A stretch of DNA of 64,000 nt from Paraspadella gotoi (lineage: Eukaryota; Animalia; Chaetognatha): positions 15,154,682 through 15,218,681 of the forward strand of contig CM119264.1 of NCBI GenBank assembly GCA_051294375.1. The letters are read 5' to 3'. The translations under genes were made by a program, and so were the position numbers. The first letter of the stretch is position 1, and each line of letters begins with the position of its first letter. Under the pieces are notes generated by a model. The model worked only from the letters and a program-made list of their open reading frames with translations, had not been told where the DNA came from and did not search any database. Below are positions 27,401 through 42,400 of this stretch, piece by piece.

Positions 27401-30400
27401 TCAGAAAAGAGTATTGTATGAAAAGATCACTCCCTTAAGTATTAGATCGGGGAATACTATATGTATTCCGCACTAGTATCAAAATACAAGGAGCTGAATT
27501 TTAAGAAATTGGTACAAACAATATAAAAAAAATCTTAAAAGTATAGTGATCTCGCCAGACGTTACTATCAAAGAATATTAATTTTTTTTTCTGAAAGCAA
27601 ACAAAGCAAACAAATAATTACGGGAATAATTGCAAAAAGTTCCTATGTTAATAATAAATATAAAAAAAATGGAAAATAGAAAAGATCAAGGGACAGTCAA
27701 TGAAAAAATCCGGAGAATAAAACGAGTCATTCATTGACGCGATAAGTCATTCATCGTTAATAAAACGAAACAAATGCGTGTATGAGAGAGAGAGAGAAAG
27801 AAAGGAAGGTTGATATGTTATGAATTGTGAAATTGAAATGGAAGGAGAGGAGGAGAAAGAAGAGAAGGAAAAGGAAGAAGAATAAGAAATAAAAAAATAA
27901 AAAGGATAAAAAATTGATGCGATAATAATCAATTGATACAATGATTACCAAATAATTAATGCGATGATAACCAAATGATTGATGCAATGATAGTCATTTA
28001 TTGATGTGATAATAATCATTCATTGATGCAATGAATCATTCATCATAAATAAAACAAATAAATGCATGAATGAGTGAGAGAGAAAGAGAGAGAAATAAAA
28101 AGAGAGAAAAAAAAAGAAAAGAAGAGAAGTCAAACTGTAAGAGATGATTATTTAATATGATTTTAAATGAGATTGAATTTCTTAATCTCATTTACATATT
28201 GCAGTATTTGATTTATATGTGTTTATTTTCATTTTGCTGATGTTTTTAAAGGTATTAAGTCAAAGTTGACCCTCTGGAAAACTCGGCCATTGCTAACCTT
28301 AGGAAGGTTACTAATATATTTCTGTATTCTGCTTTATGGTATAGAACAGAATTGTTGACGCCTTCGTTTGGAGATATTAATGCTTTAAAAACTGACGTAG
28401 AAAATTGGATGTTTTATGGTAGAAAAGAGATTGCTAAGGATAGGCTGAGGGATTCTTATTATAATTGTGGAGCGCAATTAATGGATATCAGAGATAAGGT
28501 TAAAGCACAGAGAATAATGTGGATTAAAAGGTTGTTAAGCAATTATGAACAACATACCATCAGTGAACATTAATTTGTAAAAAAAATGTATTTTATGTTT
28601 TTTAATTTTCGCAGTAGGCTATATTTATATATAGTACTATCCTTAGGAGAAAAACAGTTTTTGTTTGACAACGATTTATTTGACATAGTTTAGTCAGACA
28701 TGTTTCGGCTCTTTCACTTAGAGCCTTCATCAGTGGTTTGATAATCAATATTTAGTCTCTGTTGAAGTAAGTTTTTGAGAGAGAGAGAGAGAGAGAGAGA
28801 AAAATTGAGGGAGAGTTTCCAACAAAGAATAAGGTAAGGGACAGTGGTCAGATGTGAGGACAGCTGAAGGTGAGGAGACGGAAGAAGTAAGTCTTTGAAA
28901 AATGAAAAGAGAGTGGGGGAGAGAGAGAGAGAGAGAGCAAAGCAAAAATTTAAACAATACATTTAGCAATGTACATTGGGTGGAGTGATGAAAAGATTGA
29001 GTTGATTGAACATTATTTTTTTGCTGCTTATGGACATATAATTATGAAATTTTTTTTTAAATCTTTTAAAATTTTTTAGCAAACAGTTATAGCAAATTCA
29101 ATTATTTATTGTCAGTTATATCCTTAATAAATTGTCAAATTTCAAATAATTTTTTTATTTTTAAGAACTGATTTGGATCGCTGTAAAAAACTAAGAAACT
29201 TTGGTTTCGCGTACAATCAGTGTCTTTTAACAACGAAATCTGAACTTCAATAATTACCATATTTCTTGATCTCATTGGTTAGTACGAAGCTTTCTTCATT
29301 TAAAAAAACGGGTAGTCTCAAGTATCTCCTTCTTATTATGAGAACTTCCCATGTAAATTTCTATGAGTTATAAAATACGGTAAGACATGATTTTCTTCAA
29401 TGAAACTTGTCATCTAATCTCATTAACTGCTTAATTTAGAAAAAAGTATGCTTGAATTTTTATGGTACAGATGATTTTTAAGATCGAATTCCTTATAAGA
29501 ATCCTCATGTCTTTTACTTACACAAAAGATTTTAGGTAAAGACGCAAATTATCTATACAATTTTTTTTTCTTTCATACGCTTTTCCTGATTATTCTTCTT
29601 CACCTCTTTTCTTCTCTACTTTTTATTTTTCTCTTCCTCTTTCCTCCTTACTTCTCTTGCTGTCACTTACCATTTTTTTTTTTTTTTTGGCCCACTTTTT
29701 TCGTCACTCATGCACTTTCCTCACCTTTTTTTTCTCATCTTCATTCTTTCCCTTTTTCCCCTCTTTTCTTTCCATTTTTCCCCTCTTTTTTCTTACCTTA
29801 TAATTGTTTCATCCTATTTTTTCCCCATTTGCCTTCGTTTTTTTTCCTTTCACCCTCTCTTTCATATCTCTTCCCTTTTCTCCTTTTTTTCCCTTTCCTA
29901 TTTCTCTCACTACGTTTACATTGAGCCAAATCAAATAAAATATTTAAAATGCATTATAAGAAAGAAAATGAACGGTAACGCATGATTTTTTTTTCTCAAT
30001 TTTTGGTTGCTAGCAAATTTAGTAAATCGACAGATTTTGCGGAAAAATTTTCGCAAAATCTGTCGATTCTGAGAAAAAAAGGGTCCTGATGCTTTCCAAT
30101 TGGGTTAAAAGGATGCGGTTTTTTTTTTTAATTAATCAAGGTCAGTATGTCCTCATCTTTAAAACTAATAAATGTTGAAAATATTCTCTTTATCAAAAAT
30201 AATGCAGTCACAAAAAGTCACAAATTTAAATACGTCTTTAAAAATTATTTTGTGGCTAAACCAAAAAAGTTTTTTTTGATAATTTTATAGGTGTTAAAAG
30301 CTTATTCAATAGGCTATATTTTCTGTTAATTTCAACCAAATTTGATTATTTTTGTTTAACAAATTATGATAAAGACTGGAAACTCCAACTTTTGGACTTG

Positions 30401-33400
30401 TTACTTTAAAATTAACTCATAGGCAAACTATAAATGATTTAAGCTAATAAATTTACCCAGGAGGTAAAAAAGATAAGAAAGAACGGATTTCCAAAGTAAA
30501 AAAATTTTTCTCACTTTTCCTTGGCATTCAAAATCAGAAGTGTAAGTAAAAAATGGACAAAAATGGACATAATTTTTTTTCCTAAAAGTTGCCAAAATGG
30601 TACTCTTTTTATCATTAGAAACGGGTGGAGGATGTTTCTAACCAATCCTTCGTTCGGCCTAATTTGTGTTGTGGTACAAAGTAATTAACATTTAAGTAAC
30701 AACTGAACAATAGTGGAAAGAGTCGTTTTTTTTCCTAATGCAACGTTTGTACGCGGAACCTTTTATAAAATATGTTATATGATATTTTAATGTTTAGATC
30801 ACAAAAAATGACTAAAACGTTTTAACATATATAAGTTTCGACTACAGAGAATAAAAAAGTTAGGAATTTTCACCTTTTTTCTTATTTTAAACATTAAAGA
30901 TGACAGAATTTTTGATAACATGTTTTATATTTTTGATTCAACTTTTTATGAAGAATCTGAATCTTTATTAAAAGTTTTATAAAAATTCTTTTTAAAATTT
31001 ACTATTTTATAAGGATATTACTACAAATATATTATATTTTACTATTCTGTTCCCGAGATAATATGAACAAAATATTTTTTGTACTAGTTAATCGTACTAT
31101 CTCACATCTAAATATCATTGTTCAATCATTCAAATAAATTTTTTGTTCTTGAGTGCTCCACTCTAATGTACAACAGAGATAGAGTGCATTAAATAAACCT
31201 AAACATAAAATGAAATTAAATGTTAACAATAGAAAATAAATAAGTTGATAGAATAAAGTGAAATTTGAAATAGAAAATAAGTGGTGAGGGATAGATAAGT
31301 GAAGAAAAGTGAAAGTAAGTAAAAGAAAGAGCTCAAAAATGAGCTGGCCCCCCCCGGCCGGGCAAATGGAGGACGTTGACGATAAGTTCGGGTCATTGGC
31401 CTGTCATAGGTTGCGAGGGTATACTTGTAGAGTTTGACATGCTGGGATCCGGAAGAGATCTGCCTGGGAAAATGCCAATGCTACTCGTATATCCCTTTGG
31501 CCTGATAAGCCTGCCGACAGCCTCCTCTCACCTGACGGTGAGGCAGGCAGTTGCCTGTTCTGGCCTGTTTTGCTACAGGAGATACTGACTCCTCTCCCTC
31601 CTCCTGTAGCCGTCGTTTTGGGCGACGCTCGGCGGCGAGGAGAGTCGCGCCAAGTTGCTACAGGCTCAGGAAAGGTATCGGACGTCCATTGCCTGCTGAG
31701 AGGCCTCCGCCTGACCCGTTGAGTGGGGACGGGGAATCATTGTGCGGTTGGGGTGGCTCTGGGCTTTCCACCACCATTTGGATAAGCGAATCATAGCTTG
31801 GAGGGAGGTCAAATTGTCCTCCATCATGGTTCAGAGAGGGTTCGAGAGCTTTGATGTAGATTGCCTCTCTAATACCTCTGGAAAACCAGTTTTGGTCATG
31901 GGACAGCACGAGACAGTCAGTTTCTCTGAACAGATGGCCAGAATTTGCCGTGTGCTCGGCAATGGCCGGTAAGTAATGACCACGTGGGTCCCGATATGGC
32001 TTTGTGTGCTGCTTGAACCGATCTGTCAGAGACTTTCCTGTCTCGCCCACGTATGCTGCTGTGCAGGGTTGGTTGCCCTTCCCTGCACAGGCCGCCCAGT
32101 AGACGGCTCCTGATGTTTTCGGTCTGGGGATTTTGTCTTTCGGTTTCACCAATTGCTCACGTAAGGAGCCGCGGGTCATCACTGCACTGGAGATCCCCTG
32201 CTTTGCCAGCACCCGCACCAGTGCTTCAGTGATCCCCTGGTGGAGGGAGGGAGACATGACCCACGTTCCTGAGACGCTTCTGCTTATCTCCCACTTGCGC
32301 TGTGGTGGGCGCGGTCGGTCCTTCAGCAGCAAGGTCTCGTTCGTCCTCCTGGGGGGCGGAGGTTGAACTTGCTTTAGCAGTTACTTGGGCAGCCCCTAGG
32401 TGGCCACTGCCCTCAGCCAGGTTCAGCCGGAACCTTGCCTTCTCGTAAGCCCACAGAGGGTAACCATTGAGCGCCAAGGCTCTTTTGACATGCTCAAGCT
32501 CGGCGGCCTGGAGCTCGGGGTTGACGGAATCAGCTGAGCTCTTCTGGTAAGGGATCTGACCATGGCGAGCTTGTGCGACAAGGGAGCATACAAATCGAAG
32601 GAATGTATTGATCAGTATGTGTTGGTTTGCGATAGACAGAAAATTCTAATGAGCCACCCTCTTTGCGCTTTATAAGCACATCGAGCATTGGAATTTTACC
32701 ATTCTCCTCCTTTTCGCAAGTCCACTTGATACTCGCTTCGATGCTGTTCAAATGGGTCAAAAGGGTATCAAGCAGATCCCCTTTCACGGCCAGAATAGTA
32801 TCGTCTGCTTTCCGATACCAGAAGAGGACTGACCTGCCCCATGCAGAGATCGAAAAGAAGCCAAAGCTTCCACCTCATAGTCCTCCATATAAAAGTCTGC
32901 CAGAGGACTTGAAGTGGACTTGCCCATCCCTAAGCCACCAGGCTGGGCATAGTACCGTCCATCGAACCTGAAGTACGCCAGTTCCAGGTCGAGCCGCAGC
33001 AATGCCATGATATCATCCAATTGGATTGGCGTACGCTCGTGCAACAACCGGTCTCCTTTCAGGCGGCGCTCTGCTGAGCCTATTATATGATAAAACGTTT
33101 TGGTAATTTTTTGAAGCTTTAACCTAAAAATATCATGTAACATATTTTACAAAAGTTTTTCAGTTTTTTCCGGCGAATCCGAAACTGCTCTTAAAAATAT
33201 ATATAAATATATATATATATATAAATCATAGACGACGCTGGGACTATAAACTTCGTTTTTGCATTCAATTCGGAGGAAGAAATGAATAACTTTTATGACG
33301 TCTCATCTGCAAAAATCAATAAGAAATTCGGCGCCTCTTCGTACCTGCACCAGCATCATTCAAGTCCCTTGTGAAAGCACCCCCTCCTGGTTGGCGGCCG

Positions 33401-36400
33401 TCGAAAACAAGAGAGGTCTCAACCTCCACTAACGCTTTTACAATAGTTCACGCCTCTACCGGAACTAATTCCATTGTCTACAAAAACGCCTCCACTCTCA
33501 CCAGTGCTATTAAGTGCAGCGACGCCGCTTGTGCGACAGAAGACAAACTCATGGTCAACGCCGAAGTCACAACAGAAAACGAAAAATCAGTCGACGCCGC
33601 AACACAGACAAAATTTGACGGGGCAAGTAAATGTCGCCGACGCCATGACGGCTGCTATCGATGTCCTTAATGCAGCGCGGCTATCGGCTCCGTCTCTGAG
33701 CAACGACTCTCACCGTCTCATCGGCGTGGCTATTGCATCTATACGCGCCGTCCGTCGCGACCTTGGAGTTGTGCCAACGCCTCCAACGCCTTTCAGGACG
33801 GCTCGGCAATCTCAGCAGATTCCACCCTCTCGGATTTTTCCGCCATCTCGGCCGTTTCTGTCATCTCGCCCGTTTCCGTCATCTCGGCCGGCTCCGCCAT
33901 CTCGGCCGGCTCCCGCAGCTCCGCGGCCGGCACCACGACTTCCTTGGCGAGATCCGCCACCTCCATGGCCAGCAAAGCTGACTTCCATTTCAGTGCCTCT
34001 AAAGTCAGCTCGGCCTCCACGATCCTACGCCGCTGTTTGTGCAGCTCCGCCTGATTCTCGGCCAGCAGCGCCTCCAAGATTTAAATACGCGCAGACTTTT
34101 CCAAGTCGTCACCTTCCAGCCTACGCCCGCAGACAGTCACGCGATCCACCAAAAGAAGAAAGTCCTTCGGACTTTTCGCGGGGGGCGGGGATGTGGCGAC
34201 GACGGTTTCGTCGCTACGGGGTTGACCCCAGCTGGCCACTATGTTTGGTGGTCGCAAGGGAAGCCGGCTACTGACACTCTCTTTCTTAGCCGGTGCCCCG
34301 TTTCTCTAGTTAGTCTCATCTCAATATCTTGTACATTTAATGTCTCTCCGTTTCCTTCTGTTATTTAACCTGCTAATAAAATATTATGTACCCCTACATA
34401 AACTTTGTTTTCTCTTAATTATGAATATCAACTTATTAATTGAATGGTTGAATGATTGATTGATCAAAAGAGTTATTAATTAATAAATTTTTTTTTCAAT
34501 TTTATTAAAGTAAAGTATATCATCATTGAAAGATAGTTTTAGTTAGCCTTAATGTCTTTTCAAAGATTTATTCCTTCTATTGTTCATTTTTTAAATGTTT
34601 TCTAATAAATTTTAGTTTTTTTTAAATTTATTCTGTTTTATTTTATTTACTTCTATGTTAATTTTAAAAAGGGAAAGAAAAAGTGAGAAAAAGTAAAATT
34701 AGAAAGATTATTTTTTTTTTATTAGCAAAATAGAATATTATTGCATGTAAGAATTAATATAATATGCAGATGCATATTATATTTCAAAATATTCTTTGAT
34801 GTAAATGTATAAAATTAGCTGAAAGGAAAAACGAAAACAATTAGGAGAAAGTAAGTAAAAAAATACTGGAAGGGCCGAAAAAAACGATAAGAGATTAGGA
34901 TAGAAAAAAGATTAAAAGGGTTGAAAATAACAAAGGGAAAAAAATGAAAAAAATGTAGAAGAGACGGGGGAAAATATAGTGAGAAAGGGAGAGGAGAATA
35001 AGAGAGGANNNNNNNNNNNNNNNNNNNNNNNNNTGACATGGCAGAAACGCAGAAAGAGATCAGGCAAGTAATGATTGTACAATTCCAAAAAAAATGCTAG
35101 TGTTAGCCTTAATCAGCGCTTTATATAGTTCAGAAAGAGTATTGTATGAAAAAGATCACTCCTAAGTATTAGACGGGGATACTATATGTATTCGCACTAG
35201 TATGAAAAATCAGGACTGAATTTTAAGAAATTGGTACAAACATATAGAAAAAATCTTAAAAGTATAGTGATCTGCCAGACTTAACATCAAAGAATATATT
35301 TTTTTTTCTGAAAGCAAACAAGCAAAACAAATAATTACGGGATATTGCAAAAAGTTCCTATGTTTAATAATAAATATAAAAAAAAATGAAAATAGAAAAG
35401 ATCAAGGGACAGTCAATGAAAAAATCCGGAGAATAAACGAGTCATTCATGACGCGATAATCATCATCGTTAATAAAACGAAACAAATGGGTGTATGAAGG
35501 AGAGAGAAAGAAAGGAAGGTTATATGTTCTGAATTGTGAAATTGAAATGGAAGGAAGGAGGAGAAAAAGAGAAGAAAGAGAAGAATAGAAATAAAAAATA
35601 AAAAGGTAAAAAAATTGATGCGATAATAATCAATTGATAAATGAATACCAAATAATTAATGTGATGATAACCAAATGATTGATGCAATGATAGTCATTTA
35701 TTGATGTGATAATAATCATTCATTGATGCAATGAATCATTCATCAATAAATAAAACAAATAAATGCATGAATGAGTGAGAGAGAAAGAGAGAGAAATAAA
35801 AGAGAGAAAAAAAAAGAAAAGAGAGAAGTCAAACTGTAAGAGATGATTATTTAATATGATTTTAAATGAGATTGAATTTCTTAATCTCATTTACATATTG
35901 CAGTATTTGATTTATATGTGTTTATTTTCATTTTGCTGATGTTTTTAAAGGTATTAAGTCAAAGTTGACCCTCTGGAAACTCGGCCATTGCTAACCTTAG
36001 GAAGGTTACTAATATATTTCTGTATTCTGCTTTATGGTATAGAACAGAATTGTTGACGCCTTCGTTTGGAGATATTAATGCTTTAAAAACTGACGTAGAA
36101 AATTGGATGTTTTATGGTAGAAAAGAGATTGCTAAGGATAGGCTGAGGGATTCTTATTATAATTGTGGAGCGCAATTAATGGATATCAGAGATAAGGTTA
36201 AAGCACAGAGAATAATGTGGATTAAAAGGTTGTTAAGCAATTATGAACAACATACCATCAGTGAACATTAATTTGTAAAAAAAATTTATTTTATGTTTTT
36301 AATTTTCGCAGTAGGCTATATTATATATAGTACTATCCTTAGGAGAAAAACAGTTTTTGTTTGACAACGATTTATTTGACATAGTTTAGTCAGACATGTT

Positions 36401-39400
36401 TCGGCTCTTTCACTTAAGCCTTCATCAGTGGTTTGATAATCAATATTTAGTCTCTGTTGAAGTAAGTTTTTGAGAGAGAGAGAGAGAGAGAGAGAAAATT
36501 GAGGGAGAGTTTCCAACAAAGAATAAGGTAAGGGACAGTGGTCAGATGTGAGGACAGCTGAAGGTGAGGAGACGGAAGAAGTAAGTCTTTGGAAAAATGA
36601 AAAGAGAGTGGGAGGAGAGAGAGAGAGAGAGCAAAGCAAAAATTTAAAACAATACATTTAGCAATGTACATTGGGTGGAGTGATGAAAAGATTGAGTTGA
36701 TTGAACATTATTTTTTTGCTGCTTATGGACATATAATTAATGAATTTTAAATCCTTTTAAAATTTTTTTAGCATAAAGTATAGCAAATTCAATTATTTAT
36801 GTAGTAATATCCTTATAAAATGTCAAATTTCAAATAATTTTTTTATTTTTAAGAACTGATTTGGATTCGCTGTAAAAAACTAAGAAACTTTTATAAAATA
36901 TGTTATATGATATTTTAATGTTTAGATCACAAAAAATGACTAAAACGTTTTAACATATATAAGTTTCGACTACAGAGAATAAAAAAGTTAGGAATTTTCA
37001 CCTTTTTTCTTATTTTAAACATTAAAGATGACAGAATTTTTTGATAACATGTTTTATATTTTTGATTCAACTTTTTATGAAGAATCTGAATCTTTATTAA
37101 AAGTTTTATAAAAATTCTTTTTAAAATTTACTATTTTATAAGGATATTACTACAAATATATTATATTTTACTATTCTGTTCCCGAGATAATATGAACAAA
37201 ATATTTTTTGTACTAGTTAATCGTACTATCTCACATCTAAATATCATTGTTCAATCATTCAAATAAATTTTTTGTTCTTGAGTGCTCCACTCTAATGTAC
37301 AACAGAGATAGAGTGCATTAAATAAACCTAAACATAAAATGAAATTAAATGTTAACAATAGAAAATAAATAAGTTAGTAGAATAAAGTGAAATTTGAAAT
37401 AGAAAATAAGTGGTGAGGGATAGATAAAGTGAAGAAAAGTGAAAGTAAGTAAAGAAAGAGCTCAAAAATGAGCTGGCCCCCCCCGGCCGGGCAAATGGAG
37501 GACGTTGACGATAAGTTCGGGTCATTGGCCTGTCATAGGTTGCGAGGGTATACTTGTAGAGTTTGACATGCTGGGATCCGGAAGAGATCTGCCTGGGAAA
37601 ATGCCAAGTGCTACTCGTATATCCCTTTGGCCTGATAAGCCTGCCGACAGCCTCCTCTCACCTGACGGTGAGGCAGGCAGTTGCCTGTTCTGGCCTGTTT
37701 TGCTACAGGAGATACTGACTCCTCTCCCTCCTCCTGTAGCCGTCGTTTTGGGCGACGCTCGGCGCGAGGAGAGTCGCGCCAAGTTGCTACAGGCTCAGGA
37801 AAGGTATCGGACGTCCATTGCCTGCTGAGAGGCCTCCGCCTGACCCGTTGAGTGGGGACGGGGGAATCATTGTGCGGTTGGGGTGGCTCTGGGCTTTCCA
37901 CCACCATTTGGATAAGCGAATCATAGATTGGAGGGAGGTCAAATTGTCCTCCATCATGGTTCAGAGAGGGTTCGAGAGCTTTGATGTAGATTGCCTCTCT
38001 AATACCTCTGGAAAACCAGTTTTGGTCATGGGACAGCACGAGACAGTCAGTTTCTCTGAACAGATGGCCAGAATTTGCCGTGTGCTCGGCAATGGCCGGT
38101 AAGTAATGACCACGTGGGTCCCGATATGGCTTATGTGTGCTGCTTGAACCGATCTGTCAGAGACTTTCCTGTCTCGCCCACGTATGCTGCTGTGCAGGGT
38201 TGGTTGCCCTTCCCTGCACAGGCCGCCCAGTAGACGGCTCCTGATGTTTTCGGTCTGGGGATTTTGTCTTTCGGTTTCACCAATTGCTCACGTAAGGAGC
38301 CGCGGGTCATCACTGCACTGGAGATCCCCTGCTTTGCCAGCACCCGCACCAGTGCTTCAGTGATCCCCTGGTGGTAGGGGAGGGAGACATGACCCACGTT
38401 CCTGAGACGCTTCTGCTTATCTCCCACTTGCGCTGTGGTGGGCGCGGTCGGTCCTTCAGCAGCAAGGTCTCGTTCGTCCTCCTGGGGGCGGAGGTTGAAC
38501 TTGCTTTAGCAGTTACTTGGGCAGCCCCTAGGTGGCCACTGCCCTCAGCCAGGTTCAGCCGGAACCTTGCCTTCTCGTAAGCCCACAGAGGGTAACCATT
38601 GAGCGCCAAGGCTCTTTTGACATGCTCAAGCTCGGCGGCCTGGAGCTCGGGGGTTGACGGAATCAGCTGAGCTCTTCTGGTAAGGGATCTGACCATGGCG
38701 AGCTTGTGCGACAAGGGAGCATACAAATCGAGGGAATGTATTGATCAGTATGTGTTGGTTTGCGATAGACAGAAAATTCTAATGAGCCACCCTCTTTGCG
38801 CTTTATAAGCACATCGAGCATTGGAATTTTACCATTCTCCTCCTTTTCGCAAGTCCACTTGATACTCGCTTCGATGCTGTTCAAATGGGTCAAAAGGGTA
38901 TCAAGCAGATCCCCTTTCACGGCCAGAATAGTATCGTCTGCTTTCCGATACCAGAAGAGGACTGACCTGCCCCATGCAGAGATCGAAAAGAAGCCAAAGC
39001 TTCCACCTCATAGTCCTCCATATAAAAGTCTGCCAGAGGACTTGAAGTGGACTTGCCCATCCCTAAGCCACCAGGCTGGGCATAGTACCGTCCATCGAAC
39101 CTGAAGTACGCCAGTTCCAGGTCGAGCCGCAGCAATGCCATGATATCATCCAATTGGATTGGCGTACGCTCGTGCAACAACCGGTCTCCTTTCAGGCGGC
39201 GCTCTGCTGAGCCTATTATATGATAAAACGTTTTGGTAATTTTTTGAAGCTTTAACCTAAAAATATCATGTAACATATTTTACAAAAGTTTTTCAGTTTT
39301 TTCCGGCGAATCCGAAACTGCTCTTAAAAATATATATAAATATATATATATATATAAATCATAGACGACGCTGGGACTATAAACTTCGTTTTTGCATTCA

Positions 39401-42400
39401 ATTCGGAGGAAGAAATGAATAACTTTTATGACGTCATCTTGCAAAAATCAATAAGAAATTCGGCGCCTCTCGTACCTGCACCAGCATCATTCAAGTCCCT
39501 TGTGAAAGCACCCCTCCTGGTTGGCGGCCGTCGAAAACAAGAGAGGTCTCAACCTCCACTAACGCTTTTACAATAGTTCACGCCTCTACCGGAACTAATT
39601 CCATTGTCTACAAAAACGCCTCCACTCTCACCAGTGCTATTAAGTGCAGCGACGCCGCTTGTGCGACAGAAGACAAACTCATGGTCAACGCCGAAGTCAC
39701 AACAGAAAACGAAAAATCAGTCGACGCCGCAACACAGACAAATTTGACGGGGAAGTAAATGTCGCCGACGCCATGACGGCTGCTATCGATGTCCTTAATG
39801 CAGCGCGGCTATCGGCTCCGTCTCTGAGCAACGACTCTCACCGTCTCATCGGCGTGGCTATTGCATCTATACGCGCCGTCCGTCGCGACCTTGGAGTTGT
39901 GCCAACGCCTCCAACGCCTTCCAGGACGGCTCGGCAATCTCGGCAGATTCCACCCTCTCGGATTTTTCCGCCATCTCGGCCTTTTCTGTCATCTCGCCCG
40001 CCACCTCCATGGCCAGCACAGCTGACTTCCATTTCAGTGCCTCTAAAGTCAGCTCGGCCTCCACGATCCTACGCCGCTGTTTGTGCAGCTCCGCCTGATT
40101 CTCGGCCAGCAGCGCCTCCAAGATTTAAATACGCGCAGACTTTTCCAAGTCGTCACCTTCCAGCCTACGCCCGCAGACAGTCACGCGATCCACCAAAAGA
40201 AGAAAGTCCTTCGGACTTTTCGCGGGGGGCGGGATGTGGCGACGACGGTTTCGTCGCTACGGGGTTGACCCCAGCTGGCCACTATGTTTGGTGGTCGCAA
40301 GGGAAGCCGGCTACTGACACTCTCTTTCTTAGCCGGTGCCCGTTTCTCTAGTTAGTCTCATCTCAATATCTTGTACATTTAATGTCTCTCCGTTTCCTTC
40401 TGTTATTTAACCTGCTAATAAAATATTATGTACCCCTACATAAACTTTGTTTTCTCTTAATTATGAATATCAACTTATTAATTGAATGGTTGAATGATTG
40501 ATTGATCAAAAGAGTTATTAATTAATAAATTTTTTTTCAATTTTATTAAAGTAAAGTATATCATCATTGAAAGATAGTTTTAGTTAGCCTTAATGTCTTT
40601 TCAAAGATTTATTCCTTCTATTGTTCATTTTTTAAATGTTTTCTAATAAATTTTAGTTTTTTTTAAATTTATTGTTTTATTTTATTTACTTCTATGTTAA
40701 TTTTAAAAGGGAAAGAAAAAGTGAGAAAAGTAAAATTAGAAAGATTATTTTTTTTTATTAGCAAAATAGAATATTATTGCATGTAAGAATTAATATAATA
40801 TGCAGATGCATATTATATTTCAAAATATTCTTTGATGTAAATGTATAAAATTAGCTGAAAGGAAAAACGAAAACAATTAGGAGAAAGTAAGTAAAAAAAT
40901 ACTGGAAGGGCCGAAAAAAACGATAAGAGATTAGGATAGAAAAAAGATTAAAAGGGTTGAAAATAACAAAGGGAAAAAATGAAAAAAATGTAGAAGAGAC
41001 GGGGGAAATATAGTGAGAAAGGGAGAGGAGAATAAGAGAGGACAGGAAAAAAACTTTTCTCTTAAAAAATAAAAGTTTTCCTAACAAAAAATAACAAAAA
41101 TCATACATGAAAATTAACCGAATTTAACCGTTAAAATAAATATATTAACGGTTAAGTTAAAATTATTTTGAACTGTTAACGGTTATCGGAACTCTAAAAG
41201 CGATTGCGACGATAAAAAAAAAGGTCAACCGACGACGACGACCACCGAGGCTTCACCATAGTTCGGTGAAATGATTCATTGTGACTGAGGCTATCTTGAT
41301 GACCTAGATCAACTCCAGTCCCCAGAAAATAACCTTTTATTTTTGGAGCCGAGATAAGTGTCTCGATTACTCACAGCTCATAAAAACTAGCCGCCTTGTT
41401 TTATATTCCGTGGACAGGATGATCAGGGAGGAGTTGGAGGAAACGCAGCACAAAAATCGTCTCATCGAAGATTCTGTGAAGAAAAGGCAAGAAAAACAAA
41501 GAGAAAAAGAAATGGAGAGAAACCAGAGACACTCGGACGTGGACTCGCTCACGAAAGAATTCAAGCGGATCACCGAGTAAGAGCTGTTGGAGAATAAAAT
41601 CTAAAATCAGCGAAAGAAAAGGAATCATGATCCACAGTAAAAGGGGTAACAAACTCGAGCGGTTACCGGGGAGGTTAAATGTAATGCTAATTACGAGTGG
41701 GTTGCCAGTATAATAACAAGTTTGAGCAAACAATGTCGGTTCTGCCCACGATAATTAAGCAGTAATTAGCTAAATAAAAAAGAAAAAAAATTTAAAAAAA
41801 TAAAAAAGAAATAAAAAAATAATATATTAGAAATAATTACAAGTACAAATAATTTTTTTAACTATTATTATTTTTTCAACTCGCATCATTTTTTTCAACT
41901 CGCATCATTTTTTCACTTAATTAAAACATTCACGAGTAAGCATAAATAATAAAAATTCAAATCAAACTGACTTTGGTTTTTTCCATGCAAACTCATTTCC
42001 ACTCCTCGATTCCATAGAAACTTTATATCGTGCTCAATCACACACTTTCCTACCCACACACAAAATTTAATCTCAATCTATCCTTCCAATTATAATTAAT
42101 TCGATTAATTTTGGATTACATTTATTAAAAAGATTCAAATAAAAGTGACAATTATGATTAATTTGATTAATTATGGGTTCAAATTAGTAAAAAGATTTAA
42201 GTTAATGTTACTTTTGTTTTTTTCCATTCCAACTCATTATCACTCCACACTTTCCTAACCACACAAAATATTTCATTCCAATCCATTCATCCAATCACGA
42301 GTAATTGGAGTTTTTTGCTTAGGTGGACGGATGGATGGACGGACGGACATCGTTTTTTTTTTGCTTAATATGATGTTCTTATGTGATAAAAATGATTTAC

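Larger units (their letters stand above)
28646..33080 (-). mobile_element. 5'-truncated Penelope-like element: RT C-half, GIY-YIG endonuclease, 3' UTR/pLTR with hammerhead
   Basis: GLGMGKSTSSPLAD, RKADD, IPMLDVLI..SVYRKPTHTDQYI, GAVY..C..C.AAYVGETGKSL..RFKQH, REAIYIKALEPSLNHDGG; frameshifted. Confidence 0.92.

Noticed and set aside
29580-29985. Phe/Ser/Leu-rich ORFs (also 27747-27987, 50985-51293) as membrane proteins
   Set aside because: Translations of CT-rich low-complexity repeat interiors
27302-41040. Real segmental duplication with a duplicated CCDC146 exon
   Set aside because: Junction is at an N gap with error-rich ends; more likely uncollapsed haplotypes (read depth would decide)
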